The translations under genes were made by a program, and so were the position numbers. From NCBI GenBank assembly GCA_963770895.1, contig CAVYRF010000001.1, forward strand, positions 352,001 through 416,000: 64,000 nucleotides of DNA, in the 5' to 3' direction. Source of the DNA: an uncultured Acidobacteriota bacterium (GTDB lineage Bacteria; Acidobacteriota; Thermoanaerobaculia; Multivoradales; UBA5704). The notes below the pieces were generated by a model. That model was not told where the DNA came from. It searched no databases and saw only the letters and a program-made list of their open reading frames with translations. Of the stretch, positions 10,401 through 17,489 are shown piece by piece (position 1 is the first letter of the stretch; each line of letters starts with the position of its first letter).

Positions 10401-11028
10401 AGCTGGTGGCGACCAGCGAGATCCGCCTGGCGCCCAGGGCCTGGCGCAGCGCCTCGACGTCGTCGGCCATCTCGCGCGGGTTGTAGGCCGCGAGGTGGGC
10501 GCCGAGGTTCCGCATCTGTTGGGCGCACGCTTCCCCCGCCTGGCGGACCGCCGCCAGCGCCGCGTCCTCGCCCAGCGGCTGGTCGCGGGGGTGCTCCCAG
10601 GTTTTGCTGCACACCAGGGCCGGCCGCGACAGGCCGGTGCCGCGCTGGTCGAGCAGCACCACGTCGGCGATGTCGCGCAGCCCCAGCAACAGGTCGGCGC
10701 GCGGGCCGCGCGCGCTGTCGATGCCCGAGGCGCCGGGGCCGCCGGCCAGGTAGACGATCGGCGGCCCGGGGTGCGCCGCGGTGCTGGGCAGGCGGACGTA
10801 GGCCAGCTTCAGCGTCGCCGCCGGCGCGCCGCCGCGGCGCTGCTCGGGCACCTCCAGGATGCCCATCGTCCCCTTGACCTGCCGCCCGTCCGCGGCGGCC
10901 CAGACATAGGGGCCGGCCTCGGGGTCGATGGCCGCCGGCGCCGCCGCCGGGTGCGCGGCGAGCGCGGCGGCGCCCAGCAGGGCGAGGAGCGTGCCGGACC
11001 GCGTCCGGGCTGGCCGTTCAGGCGGCAT
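7411..11028 (-). CDS. Secreted fusion of a TAP-like alpha/beta hydrolase and a prolyl oligopeptidase (S9A)
   Basis: Signal peptide. Domain 1 has GGPG, TSYGT, DARTP and GAGH. Domain 2 has ADPYRWLED, a propeller region, YGGF, NVRGGGE, GHSNGG, DTQV and TGH. Confidence 0.85.
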   Translation of the reverse strand: MPPERPARTRSGTLLALLGAAALAAHPAAAPAAIDPEAGPYVWAAADGRQVKGTMGILEVPEQRRGGAPAATLKLAYVRLPSTAAHPGPPIVYLAGGPGASGIDSARGPRADLLLGLRDIADVVLLDQRGTGLSRPALVCSKTWEHPRDQPLGEDAALAAVRQAGEACAQQMRNLGAHLAAYNPREMADDVEALRQALGARRISLVATSYGTRLALEVLRRHGAAVERAVLMGVVGPDQELKLPAAADAVLARIAMGDGRTLLDVLRVRLAALDRQPVRTTAVDPLTGDQVPVAIGPLDLQLAIADHLGAAERLDELREVAVHLDRGDWEPLAGDLLRQRKRWLGQVMPYAVACASGASEARRRQVAAEAASAVVGRQLDFAVPDVCGALGVEPLDAALRQSVRSPVPVLVVSGTLDARTPAQNGQDVLRHLSHGVEIVVDGAGHGDDLLVATPQIAARVAAFLRGGAVAGGRLAAAPLATRRPAVPATLVEPVVETLHGVEVADPYRWLEDSRTPEVRLWTREQNAYTDRVLDVLPGRMELRRRLAELAGIAGASRPSVRGERAVYRAATGTATLPEIVVRDGAGAERVLADPRRFSTAESRAAVELLDLSIDGKLAAFAVRKSGAEEVAVRFVAVDDGTLLADELPLGRYFGVAIAAGGRGAYYGRERADGEGSRLFYHRFGADPASDAVIFGQAYGRGSIVWGNLSDDGRWLVSHAVSGTQQEIDVFLDRVAPAAGTAGAAGAASATGTATAATTGHDLATRREVVSGIDAPFYAGVLGDQLVIQTTWQAPRGRIFVAPVDHPDRAHWREIVPQHESAVIQKVFGAGRRLLVEYLEDVHSRLAIFDLDGRHLGDVPLPGAGTIGGFSGRFDDPIVYFTFSSFHLPGTVYRYDLAAGRLAVWRQPDTSLDPAAYQVEQVWVTSADGTRVPMFVIHRRGIPLDGSHAAILTAYGGFATSLTPAYLPEIAWWVEAGGVWAVANVRGGGELGARWHDAAVREHKQLSIDDLIAAARGLADLGYTRPERLAAWGHSNGGLLVAAAMVQQPRLFRAVVSTHPLLDMLRYNKFLAARFWLPEYGSPDRPEAFPALRAYSPYQNVAADAHYPAVFLETSYGDTQVAPLHARKMTARLQAVADPDRPVLLRHHQDTGHTGAGVSLDQRIDELVDILSFLNWQLGGPAGDRRDQLAGYGARERPRPSAIAFR

Positions 11029-12340
11029 GGGATGAAGGGAGCCGCCGCAGCGCCACCGTGCCGCCGTAGGTGAGCCGCCGCCACAGCCATTCCACCGGGC
11101 CGAGCTCGAAGCCGCGCGACCACCACCAGCGGCTCCATAGCACCTGCAAGGGGAAGAGGATCCACGCCACCGCCACGGCCACCGCCGCGCCCACCCTGCC
11201 GAACAGGCCCAGGCCCATGCCGTAGAAGATGAAGATGCACACCAGGCTCTGCATCAGGTAGTTGGTCAGGGTCATTCTCCCCACCGCCACCAGCGGCTGC
11301 AGGCGCCGCCGCCAGGCGGGCCGCTGAAACAGCCAGGCCAGCCCCGCCATGTAGAAGAAGCAGAGCAGCGGCACGGTCGCGTACTGCACCAGGGTGAGCA
11401 CCATGCCCGCCGCGGACGGCGGGTAGTAGACGTGCCGGTCGGTGAGGACCGCGAACACCACGTTGCCCGGCAGGGCGACGATCCCCGCCCAGGCGATCCA
11501 GCGGCCCGGCAGCAGCGCGGGGTCGGCCTCGACGCGCTCGATCAGGCGGGTGCGGCCGACGAACAGCCCGAACAGGAACATGCCGATCACGTCGGGCCAG
11601 TACAGATTGAAGGTGAACATCGACCACCAGAAGGAGAGAAACGCCAGGTTCCCCTTCACCACCTGCGGATAGCCGCCCTTGGCGAAGCCGTCCATCCAGA
11701 TGAGGAACAGGTCCTTGTGGCCGGTCAGGGCGGCGGCGACGTGGTAGGGCGACGGCGGCTTGACCAGCAGCGACAGCGCGTAGAGCGGGATCGGCAGCAG
11801 GTAGATGGCGACCGCCGAGATCAGGATGGTGCGCGGCGAGCGGCGCAGGAAGGGCAGCAGCACCAGGCCGAGCACCGCGTAGATCACCAGGATGTCGCCG
11901 CCCCACAGCAGGATGCCGTGCACCAGGCCGAACGCCAGGAGCACCGCCTGGCGGCGCAGGAAGCGCGGCACGACCGACCGGCCGGCCTGCTCGGCGCGCC
12001 CGGCCATCAGGCCGAAGCCGATGCCGAAGATGAAGGCGAAGAGCGCGAAGTCCTTGTTCTCGATGAAGACGTGGCGCAGGAAGCGCACGGCGGTGTCGAG
12101 CGCGTAGGTGGGGATGGCCCGCGCCTCCTTGTCGGAGAGGAACTCGTAGCCGGAGAAGATGAAGACGTTGAACGTCAGGATCCAGAGCAGGGCGAAGCCG
12201 CGCAACGCATCCAGGGTGGCCAGCCGCTCGCCGTCCGCGACCGGCCCCGCGGCCTGGGCCGCGACCGGAGCCGCGGTCTGCCCAGCGCCCGCCACCGCGC
12301 TCGCGCCGCCGCCACCACCGCCGCCGCCGTCGCGGCTCAT
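11018..12340 (-). CDS. DUF418/YeiB-family membrane protein
   Basis: RLATLDALRGFAL, FAFIFGIG, WGGDIL, GRMTLTNYLMQS and GPVEWLWRRLTY, with multiple TM segments. Confidence 0.85.
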   Translation of the reverse strand: MSRDGGGGGGGGASAVAGAGQTAAPVAAQAAGPVADGERLATLDALRGFALLWILTFNVFIFSGYEFLSDKEARAIPTYALDTAVRFLRHVFIENKDFALFAFIFGIGFGLMAGRAEQAGRSVVPRFLRRQAVLLAFGLVHGILLWGGDILVIYAVLGLVLLPFLRRSPRTILISAVAIYLLPIPLYALSLLVKPPSPYHVAAALTGHKDLFLIWMDGFAKGGYPQVVKGNLAFLSFWWSMFTFNLYWPDVIGMFLFGLFVGRTRLIERVEADPALLPGRWIAWAGIVALPGNVVFAVLTDRHVYYPPSAAGMVLTLVQYATVPLLCFFYMAGLAWLFQRPAWRRRLQPLVAVGRMTLTNYLMQSLVCIFIFYGMGLGLFGRVGAAVAVAVAWILFPLQVLWSRWWWSRGFELGPVEWLWRRLTYGGTVALRRLPSSHAA

Positions 12341-13248
12341 GGCGCCGCCTGGCGCGCCGGCGCGGCGGCGTGCTCGACCAGCAGGTGGACGTTGCCGAAC
12401 GGGTCCACCAGCTCGGCGTGGCGGCCGGGCACGGCGGCGTCCCGCGCCGCGCGCACGGTGGCGCCGCGGGCGCCCAGGTCGCGGCAGGCGGCGTCGAGGT
12501 CGTCCACCTCCAGGACCAGGTTCATCTGCGCGCTGTCGGGCGCCGGCGGCGGCGCCGCCTGGGTGGCGCTTTCGTGCAGCACCACCTGGAGGACGCCCGC
12601 CGGCAGGTAGGGGATGACCGGCGGGTAGTACGCTTCGGAATACACCTTGAAGCCGAGCAGCCCTTCGTAGAAGCGGCGCGCCGCGGCCATCGCCGGCATC
12701 GCCGGCACGGTGATGCCGTAGTTGAACACCCGCGGCCGCGCCGGCCGCTCCTGCTGGTCGCCGCCGCTGGCTTCGATCAGGTACAGGAGGTTGCCGGCGG
12801 GGTCGGCGATCGGCATGTTGGCTCCGATCGCCGAGCCCAGCGGCTTGTCGGCCAGCTGGCGGACGCCGCGCCGCGCCGCGTCGGCCAGCGCCGCGTCGAG
12901 GCTTGGGACCTGCAGGTTGAGGTGCGCTTCACTGGGCCCCGGCAGGACGTGGTGGACCGCGTCGCGCACCTTGAGCAGGCGCAGGCTCACCTGACCGTTG
13001 AGCAGGTCGGCGCTGCCCGCCGCCCGGTCCACCCGCACCGTCTCGAAGCCGGCGACGCCACGGTAGAACTCCACCGCCTGGTCCAGGTCCACCACCCGCA
13101 CCACCAGCCCGGTGATCCGCGGCGGCGGCGCTGTCGCCGGGATCGCCGGTGCCGCCGCGCCGCCGGGGGCCGGCGCCCGCGCCGCGAGCAGCAACGGGGT
13201 GAGGGCCGCGAGAGACCAGGCGCCGAGCCAGCAGAGCGAAGGGGTCAT
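12337..13248 (-). CDS. Secreted tandem VOC/glyoxalase-family protein
   Basis: Signal peptide and two VOC repeats (VVDLDQAVEFY...DPAGN; ARRFYEGLLGF...DPFGN). Confidence 0.8.
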   Translation of the reverse strand: MTPSLCWLGAWSLAALTPLLLAARAPAPGGAAAPAIPATAPPPRITGLVVRVVDLDQAVEFYRGVAGFETVRVDRAAGSADLLNGQVSLRLLKVRDAVHHVLPGPSEAHLNLQVPSLDAALADAARRGVRQLADKPLGSAIGANMPIADPAGNLLYLIEASGGDQQERPARPRVFNYGITVPAMPAMAAARRFYEGLLGFKVYSEAYYPPVIPYLPAGVLQVVLHESATQAAPPPAPDSAQMNLVLEVDDLDAACRDLGARGATVRAARDAAVPGRHAELVDPFGNVHLLVEHAAAPARQAAP

Positions 13249-13288
13249 GGCAACCTCCAGGGAGACGATGGCTGGGGCCGCCGCCGCG

Positions 13289-15718
13289 TCATTCGGCGCG
13301 CAGGCTCACCACCGGATCGACGGTGGTGGCCCGCCGCGCCGGCAGCCAGCCGGCGAGCAGGGCGGTGAGGAGGATCAGCGCCACGACGCCGGCATAGGTC
13401 GGCGGATCGGCGGCGGGCACCTGGAACAGCAGGCTGGCCAGGACGCGGCCGAACCAGAGCGACGCCAGGAGGCCCGCCGCCAGGCCCAGGACCACCGTCG
13501 CCAGCGCCTGGCGCACGACGAGCCAGCGGGTCTGCCAGCGGCCGGCGCCCAGCGCGATGCGCACCCCGATGTCGCGCGCCTGGCGCGACACCGCGTAGGC
13601 CAGCGAGCCGTACAGGCCGACGCCCATCAGGAACAGCGCCAGGCCGGCGAAGGCGGCGAGCAGCCCGACCTGGAAGCGCACCGGCGCCAGGACGTCGTCC
13701 GCCGCTTGGCGCAGCGACTGCACCGGCAGCACCGGCAGCAGCGGCAGCAGCTCCCGCACCGTGCGCTCGACCGCCGGCGCCACGGCGGCCGCCGCGGCGT
13801 AGCTGCGCACCAGGATGCGGGTCTCCATCCACGGCGCCTGGAGCGTCGAGACGTAGACCGCTGGCGCCTCGGCGTTGAGCAGGTCGGACTGCTGGACGTC
13901 GCCGGCGACGCCGACGATCCGCCATTCGGGGTGCGGCAGGCGGCCGACGGTCGGGCCGTAGTCGAGGTCGATCGCCACGCGCTCGCCCAGCGCCGCCGCG
14001 TCGCCGCCGGTGAACTGGCGGGCGAACGCCTGGTTGACCACCGCCACCGGCTCGGCCCGCGGGCCGTCGGCGTCGCCCAGCGCGCGCCCGCGCCGGATCG
14101 GGATCGCCAGCAGCGCGAAGAAGCCCGGACTGACCGGCCGGATGGAGACCGTCCGCTGGCTGGCGTTGCCGCGCTGTTCGCGGCCGGCCAGGGAGACCTC
14201 GTGGGTGACGTTGAAGCCGCGCACGAGCGGCGGCGACACCGCCGTCGCCGCCTGCTCGACGCCGGGGATGGCGAGCAGGCGGCGGCGCAGCTCGCCGAAG
14301 AGCGCCGCCAGCGCCTCCGGTTCCTGGTATTGGCTCGGCAGCGACACCCCGGTGGCGAGCACCGGGCCCGGATCGAAGCCCAGCGGCACCGCGCTCAGCC
14401 GCGCCAGGGTGCGCAGGAAGAGGCCGCAGGCCACCAGCAGCACCAGGGTGACCGCCACCTGCACCGCCACCAGGGTGCGCCGCACCGCGTGCCCGGCGGT
14501 CACCCGCGCGCCGGTCTGCAGGCCGCCGCGCAGCGGCGTGCGCAGCGCCGGCAGCAGGCCGGCGGCCAGGCCGCAGGCGGCGCCCAGCGCCAGGCCCAGC
14601 AGCAGCTCGACGCCGCCCACCCGCGCCTGGTCCAGGCGGTGGATGGTGGCCGGCCCGAAGCGCACCAGCAGGCCGATGCCGAAGCGCCCGAGCGCCACCC
14701 CGAGCGCCCCGCCGCCCAGCCCCAGCCAGAGGTTCTCGAGCAGCTCCTTGCGGAACACCCGCGCGCGCGAGGCGCCGAGGGCATAGCGCACCGCCGTTTC
14801 GCCCCGCCGCTGCTCGGCCCTGGCCAGCTGCAGCAGGGCGACGTTGCAGCAGGCCAGCGCCAGCGCCGCGGCGACGGTGAGCTGGAGCAGCAGCAGGTTG
14901 CGCGCGAAGTCCTTGACCACCGCGTCGCGCATGCCGCTGACGCGCGCCGCCAGCCCTTCGTTGAGGTCGGGGTGCTCGCGCGCCATGGCCTGGGCGAACA
15001 GCTTCATCTCCGCCGCGGCCTGCGCCGGGGCGGCGTCGCGGGCCAGCCGGCCGACGACGTAGTAGAAGCGGGTGTCGCGCGGCATCAGGTCGCTGTGCGG
15101 GCTCACCTTCCACAGCTCCACGTGGCGCGTCACCGGGAAGCGGAAGTCGGGCGGCATCACTCCCGCCACGGTCACCGTCACGCCGTCCAGCGCCAGGCGG
15201 CGCCCGACGACGCCGCGTTCGGCGCCGAACTGCCGGCGCCACAGGCCGTCGCTCAACAGCACCTCGGGCGGCGACGCCGGTCCGTCGGCGACGAAGCCGT
15301 GGCCCAGGGCCGGCCGCACGCCGAGGACGCCGAAGAGGTTGGCCGTCACCACGGCGCCGGGCAGCCGGTCGGGCCGTTCGAGGCCGCCGACGTTGAAGGT
15401 CCAAAGGTGGTAGGCACCGATGCCGTCGAGGCTGCGGCACCGGCTGCGCAGGTCGGCCAGCTCGGGCGGCGACAGGGGTTGCGGCTTGCCGGCGGCGGTC
15501 TCCCAGTTCATCGTGACCAGCCGGCCGGGGTCGCGGTACGGCAGCGGTTCGAGCAGCGTCGCGCGCACGACGCCGAAGATGGCGAGGTTGGCGCCGATGC
15601 CCAGGGCGAGAGTGAGCAGGATGGCCGCCGCTACCCGCGGATTGCGCCGCAGGCGGCGTACGGCCTGCCGTGACTCCTGCCAGACGTCGGACATTTCGGC
15701 TCCTGTCGTCTGCGGCAC
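13289..15718 (-). CDS. ADOP-type duplicated ABC permease (MacB_PCD/FtsX x2)
   Basis: LTLALGIGANLAIF, PLPYRDPGRLV, two FtsX-type RxALGA motifs and the C-terminus ARRATTVDPVVSLRAE. No adjacent ATPase. Start may be at MSDVWQE. Confidence 0.9.
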   Translation of the reverse strand: MPQTTGAEMSDVWQESRQAVRRLRRNPRVAAAILLTLALGIGANLAIFGVVRATLLEPLPYRDPGRLVTMNWETAAGKPQPLSPPELADLRSRCRSLDGIGAYHLWTFNVGGLERPDRLPGAVVTANLFGVLGVRPALGHGFVADGPASPPEVLLSDGLWRRQFGAERGVVGRRLALDGVTVTVAGVMPPDFRFPVTRHVELWKVSPHSDLMPRDTRFYYVVGRLARDAAPAQAAAEMKLFAQAMAREHPDLNEGLAARVSGMRDAVVKDFARNLLLLQLTVAAALALACCNVALLQLARAEQRRGETAVRYALGASRARVFRKELLENLWLGLGGGALGVALGRFGIGLLVRFGPATIHRLDQARVGGVELLLGLALGAACGLAAGLLPALRTPLRGGLQTGARVTAGHAVRRTLVAVQVAVTLVLLVACGLFLRTLARLSAVPLGFDPGPVLATGVSLPSQYQEPEALAALFGELRRRLLAIPGVEQAATAVSPPLVRGFNVTHEVSLAGREQRGNASQRTVSIRPVSPGFFALLAIPIRRGRALGDADGPRAEPVAVVNQAFARQFTGGDAAALGERVAIDLDYGPTVGRLPHPEWRIVGVAGDVQQSDLLNAEAPAVYVSTLQAPWMETRILVRSYAAAAAVAPAVERTVRELLPLLPVLPVQSLRQAADDVLAPVRFQVGLLAAFAGLALFLMGVGLYGSLAYAVSRQARDIGVRIALGAGRWQTRWLVVRQALATVVLGLAAGLLASLWFGRVLASLLFQVPAADPPTYAGVVALILLTALLAGWLPARRATTVDPVVSLRAE

Positions 15719-15783
15719 TGCGGTAGCGAGTTAGCCGAAAGCATTGTTGCGCAATCGAGACGGCGACTTCAAGCTGACGAGCG

Positions 15784-15832
15784 CGGCATTCCGCCCGATG
15801 ATCGCGGGTAGCGAGCGGCGGGCGGAATGCCG
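15784..15832. terminator. 14-bp inverted-repeat stem-loop between the 224-aa gene and the ADOP gene
   Basis: CGGCATTCCGCCCG (15784-15797) pairs with CGGGCGGAATGCCG (15819-15832). No clear U-tract, so it may be a stabiliser or attenuator. Confidence 0.5.
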
Positions 15833-15861
15833 GCGGATGCGGAGCGGCCGCGCGGCGCGGC

Positions 15862-16536
15862 TCAGTTCGAATCCGGCGACGAGGGGCTTTCGTCGCAGGC
15901 GGCCGGGCGCACGGTCACGTTGACCGGCGTCACCTCGCCCGCGGCGGACAGCGAGGAGAGCGACTGCGGCATCAGGGCGGCCATGATCTTCGCCGTGTCG
16001 CCCTTCTTCATGGTGAAGATGGTGTGCACCGGCGGCGGGAACGCGGTGATCGAGCCGGCGGTCAGGCCGTAGAGACCGGTGACGTTGCCGAACGGCGTTT
16101 CCAGCGTGTAGGGCATGGCGAACTGCGCCTGCGCCGGGAAGTCCAGCGGCTGGCCGGGGTTCCACGCCTGGTAGGACTGCACGAAGCTGGCGTCCTTGGT
16201 CGGCATGTCCTTCTGCATGCGGAAGTGCAGCGGTCCGCCGAGCAGCTCGGAGACGCCGTCGGCCTGCCAGTCGAGGATCTCAAGATCGACCCGGCGCATG
16301 CCGTTGGGCGCGACGTAGGGCTTGCCGGTGCGCAGGCGCAGCTTGGCCTTGCAGGTGACGACCTCCACGCGGTCGCCGACGGTGACGTTGAAGGAGGGGT
16401 TGGAGTTCAGCGTGTAGACGGCGGAGGCGGGGAATTCGTTGGTCTGCTTGGCCGCGACCTGCTGGGCGACCACCGGGCTAACGGCCAGCGCCAGGACGGC
16501 CACAGCCAACAGGCACAGCTTCCAGGATCTCAGCAT
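15862..16536 (-). CDS. Secreted hypothetical protein (beta-rich)
   Basis: Clear signal peptide (VVA-QQ), GAGGAG RBS and strong GC3 bias. Confidence 0.8.
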   Translation of the reverse strand: MLRSWKLCLLAVAVLALAVSPVVAQQVAAKQTNEFPASAVYTLNSNPSFNVTVGDRVEVVTCKAKLRLRTGKPYVAPNGMRRVDLEILDWQADGVSELLGGPLHFRMQKDMPTKDASFVQSYQAWNPGQPLDFPAQAQFAMPYTLETPFGNVTGLYGLTAGSITAFPPPVHTIFTMKKGDTAKIMAALMPQSLSSLSAAGEVTPVNVTVRPAACDESPSSPDSN

Positions 16537-16661
16537 GCCGGTTCTCCTCTCTGGATTCGGGGGCGGGGATTCCGCTGAGCCCTACTTTAGAGCCGTTGCG
16601 GGTCGCGGACTTTCTTGAAAATTGCTAATCTTGGGCAAACAGCGATACATGGAGCTGCGCC

Positions 16662-17489
16662 ATGGCCGACCTGCCGCGGGACCCCGCGTCCGAGACTCGA
16701 GAGAGTCACCGGCGGGCGATCTTGAAGGTGCTGCCTTTCATGCGCGAACGGCTGACCGAGGAGATCGACCTCGAGCAGCTGGCGGGCGTGGCGATCATGA
16801 GCCCGTATCACTTCCTGCGCACCTTCGGCGAGCACACCGGGGTGTCGCCCGCCCGCTTCCTGGGCGCCCTGCGCATCGAGACCGCCAAGCGGCAGCTCAT
16901 CGAAACCGACGACAGCATCCTCGACGTCTGCCTGCGCGTCGGCTACTCCAGCCTGGGCTCCTTTTCCACCCGCTTCACCGAGATGGTCGGCCTGGCGCCC
17001 GGCCGCTTTCGCCAGCTCGGCCGCAGCTTCTTTCCCGACCTGGCCGCCCTGCTGCAGGTGGCGGCGTCCTGTCCGCTGCCGGCGGGAGTGCCGGTGCTCG
17101 CCGCCGGCGTCGAGCGTCAGAACCCCGACCAGGTGGTCTTCGCCGGCCTGTTCGATACCCCCATCCCGCAGGGGCGCCCACTGTCGTGCGCCGTCCTGCT
17201 CGACCGCGGCCAGCGGGACTTCCGCCTGGCCGCGCCGCGCCGCGGCACCGCCTACCTGTTCGCCGTGGCGCTCGACGCCGACGCGCCGCCGCTCGACATC
17301 CTGGTCGGCGGCAGCGCCGTGCGCGCCGTCGCCGGCTCGGGGCCGCTCAGCTTCGACGGCGGGCCGCCGGGCCCGCAATGCCTGCGCCTCCATGCGCCGG
17401 ACCCGTGCGATCCGCCGATGCTCCTGGCCCTGCCGCTGCTGCTGTACGAAAAGGTGGCGGAGTCGGTCCCGCGGAGCGGCGGCGGCTGA
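16662..17489 (+). CDS. AraC-family regulator with N-terminal double HTH
   Basis: MSPYHFLRTF...GVSPARF...VGYSSLGSFSTRF. C-terminal domain contains FAGLFDTPIPQGRP. Divergent from the 7411-16536 operon. Confidence 0.9.
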   Translation: MADLPRDPASETRESHRRAILKVLPFMRERLTEEIDLEQLAGVAIMSPYHFLRTFGEHTGVSPARFLGALRIETAKRQLIETDDSILDVCLRVGYSSLGSFSTRFTEMVGLAPGRFRQLGRSFFPDLAALLQVAASCPLPAGVPVLAAGVERQNPDQVVFAGLFDTPIPQGRPLSCAVLLDRGQRDFRLAAPRRGTAYLFAVALDADAPPLDILVGGSAVRAVAGSGPLSFDGGPPGPQCLRLHAPDPCDPPMLLALPLLLYEKVAESVPRSGGG

